From contig JALMLS010000056.1 in NCBI GenBank assembly GCA_038496445.1, forward strand, positions 62,001 to 126,000: 64,000 nucleotides of DNA, in the 5' to 3' direction. The stretch is from Trichosphaerium sp. ATCC 40318. Taxonomy: Eukaryota; Protista; Tubulinea. Shown here in pieces: positions 39,311-51,744 of this stretch. The translations under genes were made by a program, and so were the position numbers. Each line of letters begins with the position of its first letter. The stretch's first letter is position 1. The notes beneath the pieces are model-generated. The model did no database searches, was not told where the DNA came from, and saw only the letters and a program-made list of their open reading frames with translations.

Positions 39311-42001
39311 ATGGCAGAGCAAAGAATACAAGTATGTCAGGTTAACGACTTGCAAAATGGAGAGTATGTGGTTTTATTGCTTGTAAAATACATTTTTCCG
39401 CTTACAATGTGTTATCAAGAATGCGAGAAGTCGATGTAGGAGACCTAGGAAAAGTTTTGTTGATCAAGGACAAGGACAAATTTTCCGCTGTGAGCACCAA
39501 ATGTACTCACTACAATGCTCCTCTAAAAAATGGCGTACGTATTTGGTTATTTGCACTTGATTCCCAACTTTTGTAGGCATACTTGAATGGACAGGTCCGT
39601 TGTCAATGGCACGGAGCTTGTTTCAACACCACCACTGGTGATATTGAAGATTACCCAGGTGGTGACTCGCTATCAACCTACAAGGTGCGTTTATACGCGT
39701 AATTCAACGTTAAAGAGCCAAAAAGTAATAAATGGCGTAGGTTGACGTCAGTGGTTCAAGTGTTTATGTTACAGCATCTGCTGAATCGTTGAAAGTAAAA
39801 AAACGCGGAAAGGCAACAGTACGAACGCAATGGCATCAAAGAAAATCAGCACTTTTCGGTTCTAAATACTTATAGTGCAAACACGACGCTGGCGATAAAA
39901 GGACTTTTGTTGTAGTAGGTGGAGGCCCAGCTGCTCTCACGTGCGCACAAACCTTGAGAGAAAACGGTTTCAAAGGTACCCGCTTTGTTACATCAAGTGA
40001 TTTCTCATTGTACAATAGGAAAGTTGCTCATGTTTTCCAAGGAAGAACACTTGCCATACGACAGACCAAAGCTCTCAAAGGTAAACTCAATTTGTTTATT
40101 TTTGAAAACGCGCTGCACTACTGCCACATAATAGCTTTAATATCACTATCTTTGATGTCAATATACTCAATGCAACTATACTAGGCCATGACTGTCACAC
40201 CCGAGAAAATTACTCTCCGTCCACAAGAGTTTTTTGACAAAAACGATATTGAGATTTCACTTGGTTCTGCGGTACTTACTTGCATTCACTTACCTTTGAC
40301 TAAATACGCTAATTAGGTAACCGAAGTTGATCCTGAAGCCAAAACAGTAACAGTTGGAGGTAAAAAGATCAGTTACGACGCTTGCACAATTGCTACAGGC
40401 GGAAGGTAAGCGAAATATCAAGTTGCTATTTATTTTACTTTTGGCTTAACTTGCTGGATTGAATTCGTTGTTAAGTTTACTTTAGAGCACAACCTTTGGC
40501 TTTTATCAAGGGCGCTAGTCTTGGAAACATCTTCACCCTTCGTAAGATCAGTGATGCACACAGTATCATTGGCGCTGTAGAGGGTAAAAACGTTGCCATT
40601 GTCGGTTCTTCCTTTATTGGTACACCTTTTTTGGAAAGTTAGTCCCTTCTCACTCCATTCAAGGTATGGAAGTTGCTGCATGTATCGCCAAACTCGCTGC
40701 TAAAGTCACAGTTATTGGTATGGAAAAAGTACCATTCGAGCGTGTATTGGGCAGCAAAGTTGGTGAAGCTCTCCAAAACGTATGTTATTTGTTTCTTTCT
40801 TGTGGTTGCTAAATTTAAAACAAATAGATCCATGTTGAGAAAGGTATCGAATTCAAGATGGGCGCTATTGTACAAGAGTTCAAAGAGACAGATGGTAAAG
40901 TATCATCCTTGGTGCTCAAGAGCGGCGAAGAACTTCCTTGTGATCTTGCTGTAATCGGAGCTGGTATCATTTGCAACACTGACTTGGTCACATCCGATAA
41001 AATCGAAAAGGCCAGAGACAGAAGTTTCATTGTTGATGCTGTACGCTTTATATTTTGTTTTTTTAGAGTGTTTAAATTTTTACCATTTATATTCTTTCTA
41101 ACAAGTATTCTAGGACTTGAAGCTTGCTGATGGTTTGTACTGTGCTGGTGATATTGCCAGATACCCTCTAAAGATGCTCGATGGACATCAAGTCCGTATT
41201 GAGCATTGGGGTATGGCTCAATTCCATGGTGCGTAGCATTTGAAAGTATAAAACCTGTTATTAATTATTTTGAAAAGGAAAAATCGCTGGATTAAATATG
41301 CTTGGCGGCAACAAAAAGGTTGATAATGTACCTTTCTTCTGGACTTCACAATTCGGTAAAAACATCCGCTACTGCGGTCATGCCCTCGACTACGATGATG
41401 TACGTATACTATCCATGGAATCTAGTACCTCTTTTGACATATATTAGGTTTTGATCGACTCTGAAGATAACCTAAAACCAGAAAAACCTACTGCTCTAAA
41501 ATTTGTTGCATACTACGTAAAGGGAGAAAAAGTCGTACGTGTCAAAGTATTCAACTCACAATGTAAACTAATAATCGCTTCTAGCTCGCCGTAGCAAGTC
41601 TTGGAAGAGACCCAATTGTATCTCACGCTGCAAACAGACTCTTGGCTGGTACTCATCCAACAACTACTGAAATCAAAGCAGCTATTGCAAAAGGATCCAC
41701 CGATTCCCTATTCAAGGCAAACTAACGGGTTGTTTAAGCCTTCACCTTGCTATACTTACTAATTACTTAGGTCGCAAAAGCAAAGCAATCCGGTGTAAGT
41801 ATGCTCGTCCCACTTATCATTGCACTACTAGCTGTGGTTGGTTTTTATATTTTTTCCACTCAATCTCAATAAAAATCTTAGCCAGTACTGTTCGCCTTTT
41901 TGTAAATCTTAGTTAGCTACACAAACAAAAAAACCTGTCAGTTGTTCTTAACACTTTATACTCAGGCTCCACCAGCTAAGAGGCAGAAGTTTGACAAGTA
42001 A
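39311..42001 (+). CDS. AIFM3-like Rieske [2Fe-2S] + FAD/NAD(P)H oxidoreductase with alternative C-termini
   Basis: CTHYNAPL...RCQWHGACF Rieske motif; VVVGGGPA, PYDRPKLSK, IATGG, IVGSSFIGMEVA, AGDIA, RIEHW, VPFFWT. Confidence 0.92.
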
Positions 42002-42820
42002 TATTGATCAATAACAAGCGATTATATTGTAGCTCACGAAAATAATTACATTCATTTTTGTCCAATCCTTTACGTTTTTGATGAACATGAAAGTTACGAG
42101 GTGTTAAACACCTTTAGCCAAATCAACCCAGAAAAAAACAAGAAAACCCCTACTAGCGCTGGTGTAAGGTACAAGTTACTTGTATTCTTCTGTCAAATGG
42201 TGATGGTAGCGATTGACATATAAGTCACAAGGAAATAATACAGTGAACAAACAAGAACAGCTTTTAAAAAGCTTCCATAAATATCTACATTAGAAGCAAA
42301 GTATAAGCGGTATTCAGTACTAGTACTTTCATCCTTCACCCTTATTGTTTTTCCTGTTTTGGAGGATATCATTTACAGGATTTTATGATTGTGTACGCAC
42401 ATTTAATGACATTTTATTGAATAGTCACCACTATGCAAGTACAAAAATAGGGCTTTAACTAGAACGCGTGTATAGTTAGCGTCGGCGGATACTAGGAGAC
42501 TTCTAATCAAGCAAGGTTGTACAAAGTGCGTATCTCTAAGTTTGCACTGTCGCATGTGTTTTTGGGCATTCAGAAGCGCGTTGTTGGAGTTTGGCAGCCA
42601 TTACTATTTTAGTCCAAAAGTGGCCTTAACAAAGCGTTAGTCCATTTTATTATCGGAAATAGGGCTAAGCGTACTAGAATGAGCGACACGCTCTGAAATC
42701 ATAGATTATATTAACGTGAAGGGTATTGGCTGGTACGCATTACCGAAACAAGCCCTTATAGGCTCTTCCTTACAAGTATAATAGCTAGGCGTTTAATTAG
42801 CATTATTCTGGTAGTAAAGT

Positions 42821-45800
42821 ATGTCGCAAAATGAAAAGCGTGCATTTGTTGCAAAAGAGGTACTATAATACTCTATACGTATCTAATGGTATTTGTTAGA
42901 TAGTAGACACTGAAAAAAATTATCTTCGCGATTTGAGGGCTATTATTGATCAATTCCTCAATCCTTTACGTAAAAAAGCCTGGTTCGATCCACAAGTCAT
43001 AAAATCAATTTTTTCAGAAACAGAGTCTATTGCGCTTCTATCAGGTACGAAACTACTACTGTTCACTAAAAACGCTTGAAATAACGCTTCAAAATTAGAA
43101 ACGTTTTTGGCGAAACTCAAAGATTGTTTGTCAAACTGGTCTCATGAAACGTCCCTCGTGGGCGCTCTGTTCCTTGAGATGGTAAGAATGGGTTTTAACA
43201 AAATGGCAAACGTCTTAACACCTCTCTTTAGTCCGAGTTTTTCAAGTCGTATACCTTCTATATCAACAACTACGAGAGCGCTTTTGCAACTCTGTACAAA
43301 AAACGTGCAACTCATGAAGAATTTGCAAAATGGTTAAAGGTATGCACGCGCGTTATTTTTTTCTGAACGTACTGTTCTTTTTACCTCCCTTATCATCCAC
43401 CAGGTACAACAAGACGAAAGTTATCACTTGACAATAGATGATTATTTGATAACACCTATACAACGTATACCTAGGTACGCTATAAACTACTCCAAGCATT
43501 ACCCTACGCAAAATGACACCAAACAAAAAAAAAGAGCATTTGTTGTGTTTTGTGTCTCCAAATCCTACTCTATCCAAATGAACTTGTTTAACAAAATTTA
43601 TAGGTACATTCTACTACTGAAACAAATGGTAAAGTATACAGACAAATCTCATCTTGTACGTTATCATACACATGAGCTTTTTCAAGTTTTCTTATAAATT
43701 ATTTTAAGGATTATGACAACCTTGTGGAAGCCTCTGAAAAAATGCAAACAATCGGAGAGTTTGTAAACCATGCGAAAGGTGAAGCAGAAAAAGCAAAGAG
43801 AACAGTATTTTTAGAAGAAACTATGGCAATGAAGGATAGTGCAGGCCGTAAACTCATATCTGAGTGTACGTCATTTTTAGTACCTTTTTTTTTCTTCTTT
43901 TTTTTTCTCGTTACTCACTTTTTAATTACAGATGTCGTGTACAATAAAGCAATTGAAGAAGCCCAAGATGTCAAAAAATTAAAATTTGTCATTTTTAATG
44001 ACTGTATTGCTGTTGGTAGATACAAGCACAAGAAAGGTAAACTTTTTATAAAAACGTATTCATTTTACTTAATTGCTTTTTTTGGCTTTGTGCTAATGTT
44101 GAAAATTTAGGTGATAAGAAGGAGAATTATGGTAAAGCTAAGCTTTACCCTTTCAATAAGCTGTCACTGCAAAATATTAAGGAGCTTGAAGGTAAAAAAC
44201 ATTTCGAATCCAAACGTTGGTTTCATGTTGCTTATTACTTCATTTTAGGTTACGGTTTCAAGCTATTTAAAGACGCCTATTATACAGAAAAAGAGGAAGG
44301 CAAAGATAATATTATAAAACAACTTAGACGTATTTTAATGCCACATTTAAATGGTAAACTTATCACCTTTGTGTGTTGAAGAACTAATTCTATTAGACGA
44401 TGTTGAGATTAATCTCTTGCACAAAATGCAGTCACCAAAAGGTCACAATACAACGTGCATGGTGTGTAATGGAAGCATTTATCTCATTCATATTAATTGT
44501 TTGTAGGCACGTTTTAAAGATAGACTGTGGTGCGGTTGTAGTAACGGTGAGGTATCTGTTTGGAATATAGAAGATTTCATTGAAGAAAAAGTATTCGAGA
44601 CTAACTCGAAAGCTATACGTGCTATGGTATCTGTACCTTCAAGTGGTACAATATGGACATCTGGTGATGATGGTACAATATATGAATGGAATGCTGAAAA
44701 ACGTACCACAAAGTCTAAATTCACAGAACATGAACATCGTGTACGTAACGGATGATCTAAATATGGCAAAAAAACTTTTTGTTTATTTGAACTTGTAGGT
44801 CAATGCAATGATTAACATTGAGATTAATGATAAAACAAATGATCATAAACCTATACATGCAGTGTGGTCAGGAGACGTTAGTGGCGTTATAAATATCTAT
44901 GACGTATGTTAAATCCTTTCTGTTTTTCTTTTCATAACTTTTTTTTTGCTTAGACAGAAAAAGAAAAGTTTGTTGCTTCTATTGATACAAAGCTTGAAAT
45001 GATATCAAAATTCTTGCTAGTAAAGGAAGGGAAAATATGGGTCTCAGGGCGAAGTCGTGTTGTAGTCATTGATATTTATAAAAGGGAGCAATTATCGTCA
45101 TTTAAAGCACATGGAGGTAAGTTTGTTTGCCTTGTCCTTAGAACCTTATCTTTACGTGCTTTGTAGGTGTCATTAATGACATGATAAGTGTGGGTGATGA
45201 AGTTTGGACATGTTGTGATTCTATACGAATCTGGGATGCCTCTGTAAGTATCAGATATGAACATTTTTCTATTAAGCTAACATGCACTCATTATAGAGTC
45301 GTAAACTTCAGAAGACATTAAGTTCTGACCACGGTTCAATAAAGAGCCTTTGCGAAGCTTATGGTAGGCATGTATGGGCAGGATGTAAAGATAGTACAAT
45401 AACACTATGGGACGCTGAAGTAAGCTTCATTATCATTGATAAACGTCATGCTAATTTCTTGTTAATAGAAAAACGAAAAAGTAGATGAGCTCACAAGCCA
45501 TGCCAAAACAGTGTCATGTATTGGTGACACAGGCAACGGTACTATATGTTCAGGAGGATCTGATAGTTGTATTATCTTCTGGGCTTATGAGAGCAAGTCA
45601 GCTGAGACGAGGTATTGCAAAAAACAAGTAACCTTCTTTACTTAACCTTGTTGCTAGAATTTTCGACTTTAAGTCAAAGAAAAGCCAAGTCACACTGTAA
45701 GTCATATATTTTTCTTATTATTTTGGTATATTCCTTTGGCTTACAATTACAAACAGTAAAGATAATGAGCTGTCACAACCAACTCTTATAATTTCTTCAC

Positions 45801-47122
45801 GACAACCTATGAATAAGTTGTTCAATCAAGACCGTAAGATACGACCAAGACTAACAGAAGATATTGTAAGAAGACCAGCAAGTATGCGGTATGTAAACAA
45901 ATGAGAAATAGAAAACAACTAGTTGTTGTCTAATTTTGGTTAGAAAGTCGAAAAAAGACAAAAAAGCAGCTCGAAGGTCTATCAGTCTTAGCCAGATTAC
46001 CCTTCCTGAAGCAATGAAGAATATGCAGGGTACTGGAACTAGTGACACGTTCCACATTGAAAACGTCAAGCGTACTGATCCAGAACCATTAGAAAGTATG
46101 CAATCCTCCTTTATTCTTTCTAGTTAGCTTTCTAACTGTTCTTTAGAACCTAAAAAGCGTCCACCGGCACCACCTGTACTTGCTAGAAACGAAAGAACAC
46201 TTATAGAGTTTCTGGAAGAACTCAAACATGCAGGTACATGTTTAGTACTTCAACAAGGTCAACAAATCGCTAACACTTGTATTTAAAGGCAAAACACCCT
46301 CTAAAATCAATAAGCCAAAACGTTCGCCTACACGTAATAGTGCGAATGTAACAATAAAGAGCCCACCAGGAAGTGTTAAATTTAAGAGCCCAAAGCGACA
46401 CTCTTACAAAGGTTCTTCTACTGTCAACAAAAGGCCAAAAAGAAAAGAATCAACACAGTCTTATAATACACTCTCTTCACCTCCAAAAGTTCCAAAGCCC
46501 CTATCACGTGAAGAAAAGCTATGTACGTATTTTAATCATCTTTTCTATAAAGTGTTTATCCATGTGATAAAAATATCTTTTCACACGTATTTTTAGTAAG
46601 GGCAAAACGTGTATCTCAATCACGATTACGAAATAATAGAGGAATTAGCTTACCGGCTTTGCCTACCCTTTTAAAACGTCCTGAGCAACAAGATAATCAA
46701 CCTAGTGAAATATCTCCTGCTTCTGTAGCCTCTCCACGACATGTAAAGACGTACGTTGGACTCCCTAAGCTCAACTCATTCAGCGATTTTATGCGGTTTT
46801 TTTGCAAGAAAAATTTCTTTGTCGCTCCATTTCTTCGTACTCAAGACACTTGACTTACTTGCTTGTTTTTTTTAGATACGTTAAATGCACAAAAGATTTT
46901 TCAGGTAAAAAATCAGGAGAGGTTGCTATGAAATGTGGTCAACGTGGATTAGTTCTTGAAGAAGAAAAGAACCGTTGGAAGCTAAAGGTTAGTTCTGAAA
47001 TGGGTTGGGTTAATAAGAGTAACTGTGGAGATACATATACAAAGTCTAAGTCTGGAAGAATTTCGTCTCCAGGGTCAAATCGAAGCTCTTCTAAAGAAAA
47101 GAAAAAGAGTAAGCCGAAATGA
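42821..47122 (+). CDS. RhoGEF with DH, PH, WD40-like propeller, Pro/basic linker and C-terminal SH3
   Basis: EIVDTEKNYLRDL, YLITPIQRIPRYILLL (DH); FVIFNDCIAV (PH); GCSNGEVSVWN, GCKDSTITLWD, SGGSDSCIIFW (WD40); KCTKDFSG...GEVAM...WKL...GWV (SH3). Confidence 0.88.
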
Positions 47123-47540
47123 TAAACTTGAAGTTTTTTCTTGCCGAAAATTGTCTTTGAAGCAAAACTAGAAAGAAAAAAAAAGTGAAAATTGTGTCTA
47201 ATAAAAATTACCATTATTGTACAATAACAGTAACCGCACTGTATATACGTTATATGCGATATAATTACGCCTAGCGTTGACATTTATCCGTTTATTGGAA
47301 AGTGATTGAAGTGAAATGTCGTTGAGTGGGTTTGGGAAAGAAAGAACGAAAAAACCTATACAGCTTGTTTAAATCATGATAATATACCTATCCACTTTAT
47401 TTGTTTCCTAGCTGTTTTAACAAAAACAGTACACAATATCGAACAAAATCTTCCAGAACCGCCAAAATTTGTCGTTATACTTTTTATCACGTGCTAAAAA
47501 CGCAAAAAACCATCAACCTATGCTGTCTTGTTTTTATTCT

Positions 47541-47936
47541 TTAATACTCTTCAAGCTCTTGATTTTGCCTTTTCTCGTTGCTCAAGAATGCTTTAAACTG
47601 TTCTACTTCATCTCTTGTAGCAGGACCCAAATGAGCTTTTCTCCCGTCACAAAATAAAAACTCGTATCCATCCTCAGAGTCACTCCCATCGTTATAATGC
47701 GCGTATTTAACATCCTGTATAGCAGTAAAATCTTGTTGTAATGGTTCGATATAAGGACCAAAGCAATACGAACAAACGCCAGGGCAGCCATCATTTCTAC
47801 CGTATATACCACGTTTACTTATACTCACGTCGTTGAAAAAAAGCCAGAAATCTACACTGCTATACGTCGTCGCTTTGGTTTGTACAACATCATCTGAGTG
47901 ATCTAGTTGTAGTACAGTTGAAGATGAGCAACCCAT
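47541..47936 (-). CDS. Small hypothetical protein with predicted N-myristoylation/palmitoylation (MGCSSS)
   Basis: Intronless 131-aa ORF with a canonical MGCxxS start and a C-x3-C-x2-C cluster. Confidence 0.6.
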   Translation of the reverse strand: MGCSSSTVLQLDHSDDVVQTKATTYSSVDFWLFFNDVSISKRGIYGRNDGCPGVCSYCFGPYIEPLQQDFTAIQDVKYAHYNDGSDSEDGYEFLFCDGRKAHLGPATRDEVEQFKAFLSNEKRQNQELEEY

Positions 47937-48621
47937 AATAACCTCGTTTCTAAATAGAATAAAAATTCCTTAAAAGAAAACACAAGTAGCACGTGAGTTT
48001 TATTTTGTTCTAATTCTCACTAAAAGTATTGAATACACTTATGGTGTAACAGATTAGTACTGTGTAGCCTTCGCGAGGCTATATTAAACCTTTCTATTGT
48101 GACTTTTGTAGCACAAACGGAAACGTTGTAAACTACGGTACTACTGGTCAGTATTGAAATGCTGTAATACATCATTGTTGGTATGATTGAGAATATATTT
48201 CAAACTGTTGTTTCTTTCCCCTAGTAAATAATCCTTTTTTGTCATGCCCAGTTTGTCCGAAAATCATTTTTCTGGCTTGAACCCCTCGCCGAAAAGTGGA
48301 AACACTCGCGGTGGAAGTTAGCGGCTTCTTTGCTCGGCGTAACGCCAAATACTCAAAATACTTTTAAATTGGTATCAGGCTAGCTATTTCCAACTCTGGC
48401 GTCTCTTGTTTGTTCCCAGTAAATACCTTTGACTACCTTTTATTATGCAGTTAGAAGTTGCTTGTCCTAGAGCAAAGTGATGTTAAGCAATATGTAAGGT
48501 GTTCCGTTCACTACTAAACAGCACAAGAAGAAGAAGTTATTTTACGATATACTGAACCAATACATGTACGGACAACTAGGTACGTTCTTTGAAAAGTAAA
48601 GTGACTACATAGAATTTTGTT

Positions 48622-50577
48622 TTATTGTACATTATTAAAGTCTTGCTGGCTATGATTATGCCAAACAGCACGCATTTCTAGCTCATACACGGGTAAGGCT
48701 TGTGCGTGTTTATATAAAAAATACTCCATCGAGTCCTGAGTTGTGTTGCTATTATATTCTGGAGTAGGATCCATATTTAACATTTTCTAAGAACATCAGC
48801 GCTCCTGCTTATGAAAAAAAACAAAGAACTTTTTTTGTCTTTGAAAAGCGAATTTTGGTTGAAGAGTGTGTTCTGTTGTATGCTTTGTACTCTCGTACCT
48901 TTTTTACAATGTGTGTTCTTCCTGTTAACACTTTAAACATTACTACCTTGGCCGTATCGCCTACTTTCAAAGGTGTTTTTCTTCCTCTTGTACAACAATA
49001 TTTTAAGCAATAATCAACGTATCGTGATACATAAATACCCTTTGTGTTGTTTCCAAATCGACCTTCGGGAATAATATAGTTAGTACGTATAAAAAAATAT
49101 CACGTGATCATTCGTAAAGTAGGTAAACTCAAAAGGCCCACAACAAACAGCTGCAACGATTTACGACAACTAGGCAAGTGAAACCCAAACCAAACAAAGA
49201 AGACAATGGCTTTTTTCAAACGGAAAAAAACGATTTAAAATAGCTTTTACCTGCTTCCGTTGATGTACTAGGATTAGAACGGTGGCCATAAGGAAGTAGG
49301 CCCTGTCTAATGGGGTTTTGTTAGTACAAGTTGGATACTATGCAGTTAATCTAGTACCTATAGATACCCTCCAAGTTCGAAGGATGTGTTCCATGAAACC
49401 CAACGGATTCTTTTGTTTGATCTTTTAACTTTTGCTTCATAGCCTCAAAAGAGGCACTACACGGTTCGTTTGAGCATTCTACTATAACATAGAGTATGGA
49501 TATTTACTACGTACGCTAGTTTTGGGTTTGAAACACGACGTGCACTCACAAGAAGGAAAGTAATAGGTCTTGGTTGTACAGGAGGGTTATAGATATCAAT
49601 TTGATTATTCGTGTGAGAAATAACTTTACTGTAAAGCTTCCTATACTCTCTAGAATCTGCTGGCACTACACAAAAAAAATTAGACGGAGATTTCTTGTGC
49701 ACGTGATTACCGTGACATAAGAACGAAGCTGTTGCTCGATACTTGGAATCCACTACAGCGTTAAAGTTAGAGAAAGAAAACCGTTATGATAACCAGAAAA
49801 AAAAAAGGTTAAAAAAACGCTTCATTGCGAACCTCGTTTTAGCTCTAGTATGTACGCTGATATTTTCTTTGTTGATCTGCGTGGTATATTTAATATGTTC
49901 ACCATACGAGCTTTGTCTAATTCAAGAAGATCCGCTCCACTAGAACAGAAAAGTAAGTTACGAAAAGCACGTGTGAAGTTTTTTTTAGCTTTGTTTGAAA
50001 ATAAAAAAATAAATGTAGTGTACGTTATATTGTGATCTTCCATGATGTAAGAAAGCTCCGGATCTATCATATGCATTGCATAAATAACTTGATCTACAGT
50101 CCAATCTTCAGGAGACTCCGCAGAAATTGTACCAATCCTCTGAAGCTTGTTTTTGACAATTCTGTACTCGTCAGCGTGTGTAACGAGTTTGTGTTTAGAT
50201 TGAAACCATGTCGCCATACATTCAGGCGTATCAGGTATTGTTAATTTACCTTCGCCTATAGGTGTATCTGATACCCATTCCCCAAGCCACTGCGCGCCAT
50301 CTGCAAATGTCCAAGCACCAACTCCATGTCGTTTATCATCCATAAAAGTGCCAAAATATGAAGTACCATTTGCGCACGTGAGAGTGCCCATACCATTCAT
50401 TTTATCGTCTTGGTACTCTCCACTATATTTCTTGCCATCAGGCCATATACATTCTCCTTTACCATGTCTTTTATAGCCTAGGCACTCACCAATGTATTTA
50501 ACACCATCAGGTGTAGTATACTCCACGTGTTTCTTTTTTTTACGACTTTTAGAGCCTACACCATTCTTATTACCCAT
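48622..50577 (-). CDS. MORN-repeat + SAM + PARP-family ADP-ribosyltransferase catalytic domain protein
   Basis: Manual splicing through 7 GT-AG introns keeps frame: MGNK..., MORN repeats, SAM (EDWTVDQV...SGADLLEL), DSREY...RRVSNPKL/AASFE...VGFHGT...G/RFGNNTKGIYVSRYVDYCLKY...VMFKVLTGR...MEYFLYKHAQALPVYELE, stop 48622-48624. Confidence 0.85.
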
Positions 50578-50768
50578 GTTATCCTAATGTTATTATAATG
50601 AGGTTATTTTGATCTGTTTTGAAGCAAGATGCACCTTCCTTAAAAAACGTAAGTCCGAGTTCAATAGAAATTCTTTATTTGGCCAATACGACGCGCGTTG
50701 AGTGGGTTTATAGCGCTACCACACCTTTAATTCACTAAACAAAGGTGCCATTGACGGTATATCGCTAT

Positions 50769-51653
50769 ATGGCGTACGAAAAAGATTCCAAGGAAGAAGA
50801 CGAGGAGCTGAAGGCTATATTTAAGAATACAAAGTCATCAGAAGCAGTTGGTTCTTGGAGGTTTTTAAAATGGGTTATTCCACATGCTCTTTGGAGTATG
50901 ACGTATAGGAGGTTTTATCACGAGTACCACTAATCCATATTTGAGCATGAGTACAAGATTGTTTATGTGTTCATTGTAGCTACGTTTATTGCGTTGGGAA
51001 ACAAGCGCCAGAAGCTAAAGTGACAACAATAGAATCTAAAGGAGAAACAGTTTATGACCTTTTATCTTTTTCTAAAGGCACGTGATTTTTTATTAACCTT
51101 CGAAACCTGTTAAGTTTTAAGTCCAGATAAACCATTAGTACTATCTTTTGGGAACTATACATGACCTCCGTGGGCAGCAACCTGCTCAAGGCTGCAAAAA
51201 ATAAAAGAAAATTGGCAAGATAAAGCTGATTTTTTAGTTGTTTATATTCTTGGTCAGTTGCATTGCAATGAATCCTTTTTCTTTGCTTCGCTAATATACT
51301 ACTACTTCCAGAGACTCACCCAAGTGATAATAAAAATGGTTGGATGATAAGTGGTAATGATGTATGCTTTCGTCAACCTACAACTATAGAGGAACGTTTA
51401 CAAATTGCACAGCAATTTTTAGACGACAACCCAACTTTTACCATCCCATTCGCAATTGATTTGATGGATAATAATGCCGCATCAAGTTTTGAAGCCTCAC
51501 CAGAACGGTACATTTCGTAGAGTTGACTGATTGATCTTACAAGTCGATAGTTTGTATATTTTGCAGAATGGTATCATCGCTTATAAAGGTGGTGAAGGTC
51601 CAGATGAATACAGACTTTCAGAGGTTGTAACTTGGCTCAAAAATAATACCTAA
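50769..51653 (+). CDS. Iodothyronine deiodinase-like selenoprotein (in-frame UGA = Sec at 51162-51164)
   Basis: Spliced: VGKQAPEAKV...KPLVLSFGNYT-U-PPW...DFLVVYILETHPSD...GW...RQPTTIEER...IDLMDNNA...ASPERLYILQNG...YKGGEGP...EVVTWL; homology continues on both sides of the TGA; SECIS downstream. Confidence 0.93.
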
Positions 51654-51658
51654 TAATG

Positions 51659-51744
51659 TTCATGTGTTGTACTGATGTGAAAGTGTAGTGACAAAAGCCT
51701 CACGTGGCAGTTTTGCACATGATAATAAAGTATAACGTAATGAA
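51659..51744 (+). promoter_or_regulatory. Type II SECIS element in the 3' UTR
   Basis: Helix I (TTCAT/ATGAA and TGTGTTGTACT/AGTATAACGTA), core GTGAA (51677)...TGAT (51720), helix II GTGTAGTGAC/GTTTTGCAC, unpaired AAAA, apical mini-stem GCC/GGC. Confidence 0.9.

Noticed and set aside
38909-39355. 148-aa minus-strand ORF and similar antisense ORFs (9122-9388, 28243-28659, 46939-47283)
   Set aside because: They overlap well-supported opposite-strand genes and show no motifs.
48050-48600. GC-rich patch near 48270-48350 as tRNA/ncRNA or exon
   Set aside because: No cloverleaf or box motifs; candidate frames are closed by stops.
51162-51164. Genome-wide UGA reassignment or a pseudogene as the explanation for the in-frame TGA
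   Set aside because: TGA is a normal terminator for other genes (5253, 47122, 63679); position in the motif and the SECIS point to Sec.
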